Part shown: positions 27,880 through 39,190 of the stretch, one piece after another
How positions within the stretch are numbered: the first letter of the stretch is position 1
Layout of the letters: each line of letters opens with the position of its first letter
Assembly: GCA_965153285.1 (NCBI GenBank)
Contig: OZ229110.1
Direction: 5' to 3' (one strand)
Length of the DNA: 64,000 nt
From: Podarcis tiliguerta
Taxonomy: Eukaryota
Position numbers and translations under genes: made by a program
Notes under the pieces: model-generated
Told to the model about the DNA's origin: nothing
Seen by the model: only the letters and a program-made list of their open reading frames with translations
Databases searched by the model: none

Positions 27880-28640
27880 TTCCTAAATTTAGGGGTCTCC
27901 ACGGGACCCTGAGCGTTAAGTCGGAGAAAACCGCGCTTGGCGCCGCGCCTGCCCCCCACCCTCCGGCTCCCAAACTTCTCGCGCCAAACTCCTCCGAGTG
28001 AGCGCCCAACTTCACCCCCCCCCCGCGCGCCAACCCCACCCGCTTTCCCTAACCGAGGAACATCGCCGATTGGCTGGGGCGCAAGAGCCTCCGCGCTCCA
28101 ATTGGCTGAGGGGGCTCGCCTCCTCCGCGCTCCTTTCCACGCCCACCTTCTCCGCCCTCCGCGGGCCAAATTCAAATCGCTGACACGGGCGGACCAGCAG
28201 CTTTCAGCCTAGCGAGGGAGGGGATGGCGCGCGTTTCGTCTGAACGGCGACCGCCGCGCCGCGCCCGAGATTCCCCCTAAGCGAGGACGAAAGTGAGGGG
28301 GGGGGGACTCACACACATACAAAAAAGGTAGGTGAGGGCGGGGCGGGGATTCTTCATCTCGCGGGGTTGGTGGCGCCAAACGATTTAAACTGGATCAGGG
28401 CAGGTCTCCGCCCCGCTCCCATCAAGAGCCAATCAGAGGCGCCATGCGCCCGAAGGGTGGGAGGAGCTTATCCCGAACGAAAGAGCGCGGGTGGAATCCC
28501 GGGGCTGGAAGGAGGGGAAAGTTGAAGTGGAGGAGGAAAGGGGGGGGGGGTGAGTGACTGGCAGAGAAGGAGCTGTAACAGAAGGCAGAGGAGACCTGGG
28601 GGGCGTGCTTGAGAAAGTAGCCCGCAAAAAGGTGATTTTA
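27880..28640 (+). promoter_or_regulatory. E2F8: CpG-island promoter of E2F8 with E2F, NF-Y (CCAAT), CHR-like and GC-box motifs
   Basis: Only large non-TE CpG-rich block in the window. TTCTCGCGCCAAA 27976-27988; ATTGG 28069 and 28101; GCGGGCCAAA-TTCAAA 28161-28176; TGGCGCCAAA 28371-28380; CCAAT 28429; GGGCGGGGCGGGG ~28336-28348. Confidence 0.85.
28180..28331 (+). other. E2F8: Probable non-coding exon 1 of E2F8 (start approximate)
   Basis: Tandem donors AAG|GTAGGT (after 28327) and TAG|GTGAGG (after 28331) downstream of the promoter motifs. Confidence 0.55.
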
Positions 28641-29596
28641 AATGGTGGGCGTTTTGGGGTGTGTGGACAGTAAGGTTTGGGTTGCAGCAGCGGGATCCTT
28701 TTCATTTATTTATTTTAAAAAGTGCTGCTTAATAGTTAAACCGTGTTTGCTGAAATCAATAACCTTGACGATATTCAGCTCAAATCTGATTGACTTGTAC
28801 TTTGACAGATGCACCATTCTTTGGTTGTATCTGATTAAGGAGCCTCTATCCCGTGAAAGTGTGTGTTGTGATAAGCTTTGTACATTTTTATGGTATCTTG
28901 GGGCTCTTTGCCTCGTTTTTGCTACAACTAGCTTCTGCTTCTGTGATTTGTAACAAATAGCAATGAACTGGACCTTGGAGGTAGCACAGGGCACACTGGC
29001 CAGATTCAGTTCCTCCAACAACCATGATAGCAGCTGTACCACTGGGGAGAATATCATTGCTGCATAAATTATACATACATATGTATATGTATTTTAGAGA
29101 AAGTGAAATGGTGCCGTTTTCCCTTTCAACAGACACAACTATCCAATGCTGTTTCTTTTAAAGTACTGGTGCTTTATTTCATAAAATCACAGGCCTGCAA
29201 GTTTAAAAAATATCATATATAATTATGTATTTCACTACACAGGTGCCCCACAAAACATTACCTTTTTCTCCACAGTACTTTAAAAAAATGTCTGGGAACT
29301 GCTGGGACGGAAAAGAAAGCCACTCAGCTTGATAAACAAGTGGCAGTCCTTGAGATGTTTTCCAGAGAAGGAAGGCTCACCTTTGAACGGGATTACTTGG
29401 GGGTTGTATTCTGGATGACATACACTGCAGTCATCAAAACTCTAAAGATATGTGCAGACTGGCAGCCTTGGAGTCAATCTGCTGTGGCTGCAAGAAGGTG
29501 GTGATGTGCTGCCTACCATGTTGTGTAATCTGTGGTTATCCATTCTGCCAGTAAATGGTGGGAACAGCCTGCTGCACCTTGTTAAACAGATATTGA

Positions 29597-29730
29597 CCAG
29601 TGTTTGCCAGTCTGGTGCACCCTAGATGTTTTGGGCTACAACGCCTATCTGTTCCTGCCTGAATGCCAGCGGGGGCTGGTGGAAGTTGTAGTCCAAAACA
29701 TCTAGGGTGCACCAGATTTGTGAAGGTTGG
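29597..29730. mobile_element. hAT-type palindromic MITE
   Basis: Inverted arms TCTGGTGCACCCTAGATGTTTTGG / CCAAAACATCTAGGGTGCACCAGA. Confidence 0.75.
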
Positions 29731-30574
29731 TACAGACCTTCCTACAACCAGTTTGGACAGAAGTCTCATGCTGCAGTTTCTGATCATCAGCCTTTATTAT
29801 TTTTCTTTATTGTTTTTATGTTATAATGCTGATTTGGCAACTTCACAGTCACCAACTTGACTGAAGCAAAAAACCTGAAACAGGATTAAACAAAACTAGT
29901 GCTAATCTAGACACATACGGTACTTCAGCAAATTGCACCAGTCCCCTTCGTGTAAAGACATGTGACCGTCTTTAGCAATATTTAGCAATATGTGAGAATA
30001 AGACTCATGTAGACACATTCTTAACAATGGAGTTGGGAAATCTTTTTATAACCCTGCAATCCTAAGCATGCTGCCTATGGAGTAAGTCCACCTAAACTCA
30101 GTTGGCCTTCTGAATACAGGTGCTTACTACTGTGTGGCACATTTGTCATCTGAATGAATGGCCAGAGTTCTCATTCTAGAGGTCTTGCACCAGTATTCCC
30201 ACATCAAATTTGTTTCAGCATCTCTGGTAAAATAATGTCATCATCACCCCACCTTTCCTCCATGGAGATTAAGGTGACATACATGGCTCGCCCCCTCCCC
30301 ACTTTTTCGCCACAACAGGTCACCTACAAAGCTAACTGGCTCAGTGTGGACTTGAACTCTGTTTTCTAAATCCTAAGTCCAACACTGGTCACTGTACCAT
30401 CACAGACTTCCATCTACCGATATTCCATTTTTTGCTTTGTTAAGTGCATATACATAAAACAATTTTCCTTTTTTCTTCTTCTCAAAGAATGCTGTAAAGG
30501 TTGCCCAACCAACAAAGCCCTTACTCTATTTAATTCGAACGAATATGAATAAGAGAAAAGCTTGCAGTGGCAAA

Positions 30575-30592
30575 ATGAATGCTGAAGACAAG
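30575..30592 (+). CDS. E2F8: E2F8 first coding exon (MNAEDK); exon probably starts at 30488
   Basis: Polypyrimidine tract plus AAG acceptor (30487); ATG AAT GCT GAA GAC AAG|GTAACC. Splicing to the next exon creates a K|EN box like human MENEK|EN. Confidence 0.8.
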
Positions 30593-31416
30593 GTAACCTA
30601 TCTCCCACTTTATCTACCGCATAGCAAGTATTGGCCACTCCTTTGACTTTGAAATTAGCTGGCCAAAAATGTTATTCCTAACTTAAGTTTTCTTCATATA
30701 ATTTTCATGTTCACTAGTTAAATGAGTCTGCTAGAAAAAGCCACTGTGGAAAGAGAATGCTGGTTTAGATAGGCGCTTGATTTTATCCACAGGCCTGCTG
30801 TTTATGTTCTTCAGCTATTTTTCTCCCTTTATCAGGAACTTGTTTACACTTTTTGCTTTGTTAGCAAATATAAAATAGACAACAAAACTTATTTGTATTT
30901 TGACGCCATCCATTTTTTTGTCCCCAACATTCAGTCATGTAGAAATGCATGATGTTGTATATCAAAACACAAGTAAATTGTACACATTATGCAGGGTAAG
31001 GGTTTGGCAGCAGCCTTCTTTTACTGCAGCATGTATTTTTGCCCTAAAGCAAAACAATCAAGACTGACTGAAATACATAGGAAGTATGATAAAACCCCCT
31101 AGGAACTAAACAGGTGAAAGTTTTGACACATTGGTTTTCAACTGGTGGTATACTGCAGCCTGATCGAAGATGGGTCACAACTACCACCATAAAAATACAT
31201 GGCAAAATGTAAAGGAATGTGTCCTTTACATGTTTGGGCTAAAGGTGGGTCCCAGGTCTGAAGAAATTGCAGACTACTGTTTTGACAACAGGCACTTGAT
31301 TGATTTCAACATGACATTGGTTGGTTTATTGATTAAAAACAGCTTTGTTTTCATATTGCTTTTATGCCTGGCATTGCTGATCTCGAGTCACACAGTTTCA
31401 TTTCTTTTTGGCTCAG

Positions 31417-31677
31417 GAAAATTGGTCTTTTGAACCACATGAAAGCACATTGAAAACTCCTCTGAAACAGGCAGCGACCTCCAACTGGCTTTTGGCAGAG
31501 AAGCCGCCTCCTGCTTCTGGCCATCTGACAACGCCACCCAAGCCTAATGAAATCTCTCCTGGAGACCCATGGACACCAACGGCTAACCTGAAAATGCTAA
31601 TCAGCGCAGCTAGTCCTGAGATTAGAAATCGAGAACAGGAAAAAAGATTGTCAGACAGCAGAATTGAAATCCCTGAG
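31417..31677 (+). CDS. E2F8: E2F8 coding exon 2 (ENWSFEPH...[23 protein letters not shown]...IPE)
   Basis: Hallmark E2F7/8 [14 protein letters not shown] motif; CAG acceptor; phase-0 donor GAG|GTAAAA (weak, but the only in-phase one I found before the stop). Confidence 0.9.
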
Positions 31678-32007
31678 GTAAAACATTTTTCTTCTTATCG
31701 CTATAAATATTATTGAGCGCTGTACTCAAAGCTTAAGTATGCACTTGAAAAGTAGCTCAGCTTTGGTTTGTTTCAGTATTTTGTGCTAGACCTCAAATCT
31801 GGAGTGTTAGTTATTTTTAGAGATTATAGTGTGTGCATAGCAGACGCTTCAGGGTAACTCTATTATTTTGAGGCTCACCAGCTGTCACCAAGAAGGCACT
31901 TGGCATTGCACATTGGCCAGAAATGCTGTTACTAAATCTGTCAAATCTTAATATTTTTCATGTAAGGCGTTACCAATTGGTGTTTCTGCATTGTTTTCTT
32001 TCCGCAG

Positions 32008-32164
32008 GACCATTTGTCAGGAGACGAATATGAAAAATCTCAACCCAGCCGTAAAGAGAAAAGTCTAGGGTTGCTTTGTCACAAATTTTTAGCTCGCTAT
32101 CCTAGTTATCCCGACATCTCTAAGAACAATGAAATTTGCCTTGATGAAGTAGCAGAAGAGCTTA
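32008..32164 (+). CDS. E2F8: E2F8 coding exon 3, DBD1 N-half
   Basis: DHLSGDEYEKSQPSRKEKSLGLLCHKFLARYP...CLDEVAEEL; CAG acceptor and A|GTAAGT donor. Confidence 0.97.
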
Positions 32165-32439
32165 GTAAGTTTGGGACTAAGATCCGGTGTTTATTACTGG
32201 AAAAAGCAAAACTCACTTCACGCTGTTCAAAATGATAAGCAATTGATTAGAGTCTTGGTAATTCTTATAAACAATTTTATAATGTGGTTCAGTATCCTTA
32301 TCATAGCTGTCAATGTTTTCCTTTTTTTTAAGGGAAATTCCCTTATTCCAAATAGAATTCCTCGCAAGAAAAGGGAAAAGTTAACAGCTATGATCCTTAT
32401 ACTCTCACTGTAGCTGATACTAATAGGTTATTACATTAA

Positions 32440-33520
32440 TAACTACCGTTTTTATTTATTTACTAAATTTATATACTGTCATTCATCCAAAGATCAAAGG
32501 GCGGATTTTATACTGTTATTTTGACAAGACACATAACATGATACCCTCCCCACCCACCCCAAATACTCCCGTCACATTTTAAAAGCCACAGATTGTTTAA
32601 GCAGCCCAAGGCCTCAGAGAAGGAAAATGTTTTTGCCTGGCTCCTAAAGATATGTAACGAAGGTGCCAGGCGAGCCTCCCTGGGGAAAGCATTTCACAAC
32701 TGGGGAGCCACTGCAGAAAAGGCCCATTCTTGTGTTGCTTCCATCTGGACCTCTCATGGAGGGGGCATACGGAGAAGGGCCTCAGATGATGAGTACAAGG
32801 TCTGGGTTGGTTCATATGGAGAAAGGCGGTCCTTGAGGTATTGTGGTCCTGAGCCATTCAAGGCTTTATAGGTCAAAACTAACAATTGGAGACGCGGGTG
32901 GCGCTGTGGGTTAAAACCTCAGTGCCTAGGGCTTGCCGATCGAAAGGTCGGCAGTTTGAATCCCCGCGGCGGGGTGCGCTCCCGCTGTTCGGTCCCAGCG
33001 CCTGCCAACCTAGCAGTTCGAAAGCACCCCCGGGTGCAAGTAGATAAATAGGGACCGCTTACTAGCGGGAAGGTAAACGGCGTTTCCGTGTGCGGCTCTG
33101 GCTCGCCAGAGCAGCGATGTCACGCTGGCCACGTGACCCGGAAGTGTCTTCGGACAGCGTTGGCCCTTGGCCTCTTTGAGTGAGATGGGCGCACAACCCT
33201 AGAGTCTGTCAAGACTGGCCCGTACGGGCAGGGGTACCTTTACCTTTTTAACAATTGGGCCTGGAAAGTTACAGATCAAAACCAACACTTTGAATTGGGC
33301 CTGGAAAGTAATTGGCAGATGCTCAAACCATCTTGCCCCAGTGAGCAACCTCGCCACTGAATTATGCACTGACTGAAGTTTCCAAACAGTCTTCAGAGGC
33401 AGCCCCATACATTGCAGTAATCTAACACAGAGGTTACAAGGGCATAGAAAACAGAAATTAGGCTATCCCTGCCCAGATATGGAGGCAGCTGGGCTGCCAG
33501 CTGAAGGTCATCATACAGGT
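32440..33520 (-). mobile_element. Older L2 3' fragment interrupted by a Sauria SINE
   Basis: Minus-strand peptide GLPLKTVWKLQSVHNSVARLLTG...FQAQFKVLVL; L2 3'-type sequence at 32590-32880. Confidence 0.75.
32888..33248 (+). mobile_element. Sauria SINE, subtype B
   Basis: Nearly identical to 17859-18222; flanking direct repeat TAACAATT(GG) at 32880 and 33249. Confidence 0.95.
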
Positions 33521-33741
33521 CTTTACAGCAACCTTACAGCTCCTTACAGCAACCAGGAATTTGGAATGGGCATGTTATAGTGTGGCAAACTATGTGGAAA
33601 GAGCATAGTCTTCAGTTTTCCAGTCTTCCACTTTTCACGGGGAATTAAGATATAATCATGAGGGTCTACCCACCTTCCAGAATATGACAGGATTAAAAAG
33701 CAGGTGGAAAATATATATTTTTTAAATTGCCCTTCTTACAG

Positions 33742-34047
33742 ATGTTGAACGCAGGCGCATCTACGACATAATGAATGTACTAGAAAGTCTTCACATGGTG
33801 AGCCGACTTGCCAAAAACAGGTATTCTTGGCATGGGCGTCATAATCTTAAGAAAACACTACAGATTTTGAAAAAAGTGGCTGAGGAGAACAACTATAGTC
33901 AGCAAGTTGAGCTGATTAAAAGAAGACAATATGAAGAAGAGCCTGAAGGGGATGACCAGAAGATTCAGTTGATGGCAAAGCATGTTAGGCCAAATGACCA
34001 TACAGACATCTGCTTTGTGGAACTTCCTGGAATGGAGTTTCGAGCAG
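33742..34047 (+). CDS. E2F8: E2F8 coding exon 4, DBD1 C-half
   Basis: (N)VERRRIYDIMNVLESLHMVSRLAKNRYSWHG...CFVELPGMEFRA; phase 1 at both ends. Confidence 0.97.
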
Positions 34048-34377
34048 GTACATCTTTGCTTTCTGGTTTTGGCATGCCAGTATCTTCTACGATTTGAGTT
34101 TGGTTGGTTCCAAATGCTTGCATCTGGGGCAATGTTTAATTAATTAGTTGGATTAATTTGTTTTTAACTCTCCTTATGATTGGCTTGTATACTGGGCAGC
34201 AAATCATTTTTTCTTTAGAAAGACAGCATATAAATCCTTTAAATAAACAAATGGAATCTGCATGGAAACATTTATTGGGGGGAGTGGGTGAACCCGAAGC
34301 CTAGGCGAATTAGGAACAATGATTTCAAAGCTCTCATGACTTGGATTATATTCTGCCATGGTTATCTCTCCGTACAG

Positions 34378-34539
34378 CTTCAGTAAACAGTCGTAAAGAC
34401 AAGTCTTTACGGGTGATGAGTCAGAAATTTGTGATGCTGTTTCTTGTTTCAACCCCCCAAGTTGTGAATCTTGAAGTCGCTGCTAAAATTTTGATTGGTG
34501 AAGACCATGTTGAGTATTTGGATAAAAGCAAGTTTAAAA
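34378..34539 (+). CDS. E2F8: E2F8 coding exon 5, DBD2 N-half
   Basis: (A)[53 protein letters not shown]; A|GTAAGT donor. Confidence 0.97.
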
Positions 34540-35830
34540 GTAAGTGGCAGAAATGGCTATTTACATATCTTCTCTATACTGTGCTTGGCCTAAGTGTCTT
34601 AATTTTTATGTATTTAAACACTTTTTCCTGTAGCCCATGAATACAAGACTAAAAATATGAAAAAAATAAGATAGCATACTGAGAATGTAGGTGTTTTACA
34701 GCTTAGTATGACCTTAGTACAAATGTTCCCAGGTAGATTTAGACATTAGCTCTTAATGGCCAGGTTTGGCCCAGTGGTGGCCCATGAAACTGATTTATTA
34801 GAATAAACTGAAATAATGTGTCCCAAGTTCCCTCCTCACTCCTCCCCTTTGCTCATCTTTGAAGATATCATGATTTCTTAAATCACAGTTTCCTATGATG
34901 TCCATACTGGGAGGCTGTGGTTTAAGAACCAGGGTATCTAACAAGCCAGGCACACAAAAGTAGGATTGAATGCACAAGCACACACCTTTCGGTTCAGTAA
35001 ACTGGCTGATTGGACCTAGATAGTGACTCCTGAACCCGACCAGTATATGATGTTGGCCTCCTCATAATTCTTGGACAGACTGTCATTTCTTAACTGGCTA
35101 AGCAAATCACAAATGAGCCCAGCCTCCTCTACCTGCTCCTATCCTCCTGCACAGCCAAGAAGAATTTGGGAACCTTCACTTCCACTCGGTTAACTGCTGT
35201 TTGTTGTGTTATACAAACTGATAAGCGGTGCCTTATATCAACTATGGTTAGTTTGAAACAGGAATGTGTAACATTGGTCAAATAGTCAGAGATAAAGAGT
35301 TGTCCAACACCAGAGGGCTGCAGGTTCCTCATCTCTTGTTTGAAACAAGCCAATGGCCTGCAGCGGTTTAACCATAGCTACAGTTCTGTGTTCAGATGAG
35401 ACAGCAAACTGCAGCTAAGTTAAAGCTTGTGGATGTGGGAAAGATTACTCTTTTCTCATCCAGCCTCCATCTAACAAAGTAAGGTGTCTGTTGAGAATGT
35501 CCTTCCGTGGGCACACAGTTCTTAGGGCTCCTACCAAATTTAATTTTCCACAGTTTCCTAAACCCCACCCTTTTGTCATCCACACAGAAGCTCATTTAAA
35601 AATATTGAGTATATGACTTGACCAAGGGACCAAAATTTAACTAACCTATTTGTGTGCTCCAGTCTTGTGGATCTTTGGAACATAAATGACCCTGTTGCTT
35701 TTGTTTTCTAAGTTTAAAGCACCATTTGGATGAATAGGAGAAGGCGGCTGATGTTTTCATAGTACTGAACCTCTGCTTAATGGTGATGGAGTAGTACAGC
35801 ATTTTCATTAGTCTTTTTAACTTATTTCAG

Positions 35831-35968
35831 CTAAAATTCGAAGGCTGTATGATATTGCAAATGTTCTCAGTAGCCTTGAGCTCATCAGGAAGGTTCACGT
35901 TACAGAAGAGAAGGGTCGCAAACCAGCATTTAAATGGACAGGACCAGATGTTTTTTCAGAGATTCTGG
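35831..35968 (+). CDS. E2F8: E2F8 coding exon 6, DBD2 C-half (not in the ORF track)
   Basis: Translated by hand: (T)[45 protein letters not shown]; G|GTAGGT donor. Confidence 0.97.
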
Positions 35969-36352
35969 GTAGGTGGACTATTACTTCTGTACTCTAGAAT
36001 TGCAGGCAATTCCCCATTTCCGCAGGGGTTTTGTTCCAGGTCAAAGCATGCATTGGCAGATTGTGTGTAAGTGTGTCCCATTATGCCACTATTCCTCCCT
36101 CTTCCGGGGTCTGAAAGGACCCGCATGTCGGTGGTTCCATGTCAGTGGTTGCATGTCAATTGGACTCACCTAAAATGGTCGCCACCTGTCATTGTAATGG
36201 TGAAGCTTTCTTATCCACTGCTCCTTGCTGCTACCAACCAAAGAAGGCTTTTTATGAAAGGCATTTTTCACTCATATGTAGATGTGATCATTTCCCAATA
36301 GTTCTGCCCAAACAAAGGCTTAATAACAACTTTGTGCGCGATTGATTTGTAG

Positions 36353-36565
36353 CTGCGCAGCCTGTATCTACACCCACTGTGACTGCTTCATCTCATCCTG
36401 CGGAAGGGAAGTCTTCCAAAGAGCATTGTTCCAAGAACCTCTTCCCTACGAGAAGCAAGCAAGGCTTCATACGGCACCCATCTTTAATGAAATTGGCAAA
36501 GGGTACGCAAAGCAATCAGAGGAAAATTAGATCTGCTCCAAGCAGCCCCGTCAAGAAAAATGCAA
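36353..36565 (+). CDS. E2F8: E2F8 coding exon 7
   Basis: SSKEHCSKNLFPTR...RHPSLMKL...RKIRSAPSSPVKKNA; TAG acceptor and A|GTACGT donor; phases consistent. Confidence 0.9.
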
Positions 36566-36760
36566 GTACGTAGTTGAAATGTAAACTCTATTCAGTGTCA
36601 TTCCGGAGATGCTATTGAAATGTTGAATGGTTCTGCTTAATGCCTTAGCGCAGAAAAACAAACAAACCCCAGTATATCTTGCAATCTCTTGAGTTGTCTG
36701 CTCCTGAGCAGCCTTACTAAGTTTGGCTAGACTTATACAAAGTGGAAGGTATGTGCTATA

Positions 36761-36985
36761 CAGTGGTACCTCAGGTTACATACGCTTCAGGTTACAGACT
36801 CCGCTAACCCAGAAATAGTGCTTCAGGTTAAGAACTTTGCTTCAGGATGAGAACAGAAATCGTGCTCTGGCGGCATGGTGGCAGCAGGAGGCCCATTAGC
36901 TAAAGTGGTGCTTCAGGTTAAGAACAGTTTCAGGTTAAGAACGGACCTCCAGAACGAATTAAGTACTTAACCTGAGTTACCACTG
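36761..36985 (+). mobile_element. Tigger-like MITE, 225 bp
   Basis: TA TSD; CAGTGGTA...TACCACTG TIR; same family as the 13373 and 15370 copies. Confidence 0.9.
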
Positions 36986-37387
36986 TATTCCGGTTGGAAA
37001 GGCTAATGGGTAATATTGTTAGGTGCAGTCGCAGGTTCCATTTTGAAGCTTTGAAGTGTAGTAGGCTCCATCCATGGCATTTCCAGCTGATGACTTTGAG
37101 CAGCAAGGCGCTGAAAAACCTTGAGCCCTTGGAGATGCTGTGTCGGATCAAAATGTTCTTAATATGACAGCTTCATGTAATCCTATGGATTTGTCCCACT
37201 GTGGCAATGGCTGTGTGGGTGGCCAAATCCAGGCCACAAGACTAACCGTATACAACACCTTATGAGCAGTACCAAAAGGTGTTGTCCTTCTAGTGATGGA
37301 CTCTGGAAGGCCATGAATTGGTCATCCTCAAGCTATGCAAACAGTACGGTTTTAGTGAAATCTCTTTATTTATCTCTTCTCCCAAAG

Positions 37388-37466
37388 ATCAAATTCCACC
37401 AAGCTTTCCAAGCAAGATGGCTCAACTTGCAACAATATGCAAACAGCAGCTGGATGAACAGTCAAG
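37388..37466 (+). CDS. E2F8: E2F8 coding exon 8
   Basis: (N)QIPPSFPSKMAQLATICKQQLDEQS; AAG acceptor and AG|GTATGT donor. Confidence 0.92.
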
Positions 37467-37732
37467 GTATGTTTGTAAAAGAAAAGATGCGTACAAAGCC
37501 TGCCTATTGAAAGCAAAAATTCCCAGTTAGGTGAATCCTCCAGCAGCATATCACACTTACTAACGCAACTCCTCAACAACAGGACTAAAATTAACATATT
37601 TGGTGTAAGAAGAGCATGACTTAATGTTTGGCAGCGCTTTCTTTTCTAAAAAACGAAGCCAATACTACTGTATTGCTTTGGCGGAGTGATTTTGGATGCA
37701 AGGATTTTAATGCTGTGGATTTCTTTTCTTAG

Positions 37733-38249
37733 GGATTTCAAGAAGAGAAAAATGAAACTGGAACATTCTACTTTGCCATCCCCTCTAGGTCTGCCACCCA
37801 AAACTCGTTTGAAGCCTAAACCATTCTTGTTACCTTCTCAGGCTGAGATCCTACCTCTGATCCACAACTCGGTACCTCCAGCAATGCTACCTCTCCATCC
37901 CAATGTGCCCTATGCATTATATCTGCACCCTTCCCAAACACAGCTAGTGACAGCATACAATCCAAGTTTCACGGTGCGGCCGGTCCACTGTGCTAATGTG
38001 GCTGGAAGTAAGTCTCCCGAGGAGCCCAGTTCCCAAGTAGCCCCCGGTAAAATATTTATTGAAGACAGTGGCAGCAATGGAGAAGGAAGTGCTTCCTGTG
38101 CTAAAGGCCAGGACCTCTCGCTGGGGAAGGAGCAAGAAGGTACAAAGGATGACGTGGTGCCTGAGAGACATTTTAAGAGACGTAGAATGGAGGGCAGTCC
38201 AATGAAAAAATGTGCGAGTGAAGAAGCGGCACTGCATGATGTGCTACTG
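37733..38249 (+). CDS. E2F8: E2F8 coding exon 9 (Pro-rich, YALYLHP motif)
   Basis: Open frame 37686-38288; phase-2 TAG acceptor and CTG|GTAAGC donor. Confidence 0.9.
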
Positions 38250-38657
38250 GTAAGCTGTATTAAAGTGCACACACTTTCCAAATACTAAATGGGTGGCTGA
38301 GGCATGAAATGCATGTGATAGGGCTCTCTAATTGGTTGCTGTGGAAAATCAATTCAATAGTTAGGGGTTCCTGTGAGTCAGGTTCATGCACAGGGTCTAC
38401 CTTTAGCAGTGGCAGCGGCAGCTTTTTCAAATCTCATCTGTGCCACAGGTAGCCACACTATCAGTAGAGCTCCCCTTCTGACTGCCTGACCTCCACTCTC
38501 TTTCTACACAAAGCCTTAGGAGCAGAGAAAGAAAACAGCTTAAGAAATATAGTAGTATTATTTTTTTAAAACAACAACAGCTGAAAAAGTTCTTGCCAAC
38601 TCCCAAAGTGCCAAATTCATTTCCTCCTCCCCATTCATCCGTATTGCAAGCCTAATG

Positions 38658-38900
38658 TAGGGTTGCCATACATCCGGACATACCTGGAATACTGCAGTCA
38701 GAAGCAGTGTCCAGACATATGGCAACCCATGTTGCCAGCGTTGTTTTTGGTGATTTCCCTTCAAAATAGCTCAAAAACTCCTTTTTTGCACTTTTGCCAA
38801 AAAAAAAGCTTAACCTTGGCAAAGCTAAGGAAAAACTCAACAACTTTGGCCCAACAACTTTTGTGTCCGGATTTTCACTTTTTGAAATATGGCAACCCTA
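38658..38900. mobile_element. hAT (Tip100-like) MITE
   Basis: TIR TAGGGTTGCCATA...TATGGCAACCCTA; degenerate 8-bp TSD GCCTAATG/ACCTTATG; related copy at 53608. Confidence 0.85.
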
Positions 38901-39060
38901 ACCTTATGGAGGAGGCCATCTGCTCAGGCTCCCTTTTAACTTCCAGGTAGCTTTGCTTTTGTGGTATTGGAGCATCCAGTTACTCCCCATATAGAAGGAC
39001 AGCAGTTGCCCAGCCTCAGAAGAAGCTGTCTTGTGTTTTTGGATGAGTTACAGCTCTGGG

Positions 39061-39190
39061 CAGGGCTTCTTTTCAGCAGGAACTCACCAGAACTCAGTTC
39101 CAGTACCTCTCAGGTGGGTGCCATTGCCATTCTAAGAGAACAAGGGAGACGTTTGTGATGAGCACCTCTTTTTCTAGAACAAGAGCACTG
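39061..39190. mobile_element. hAT MITE, 130 bp
   Basis: CAG...CTG termini; perfect 8-bp TSD GCTCTGGG (39053-39060, 39191-39198). Confidence 0.8.

Noticed and set aside
27603-28705. Several Pro/Arg/Gly-rich ORFs on both strands
   Set aside because: Expected by-product of a GC-rich CpG island with few stop codons; no recognisable homology
29260-29345. Acceptor-like CTTTTTCTCCACAG followed by an ATG in E2F8 intron 1
   Set aside because: No convincing donor nearby and no E2F8-like peptide; cannot be supported without RNA data
31417-35968. Alternative assignment as E2F7
   Set aside because: [38 protein letters not shown] and adjacency to CSRP3 all point to E2F8
37910-38281. 123-aa antisense ORF inside E2F8
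   Set aside because: Shadow of the sense coding exon with no independent evidence
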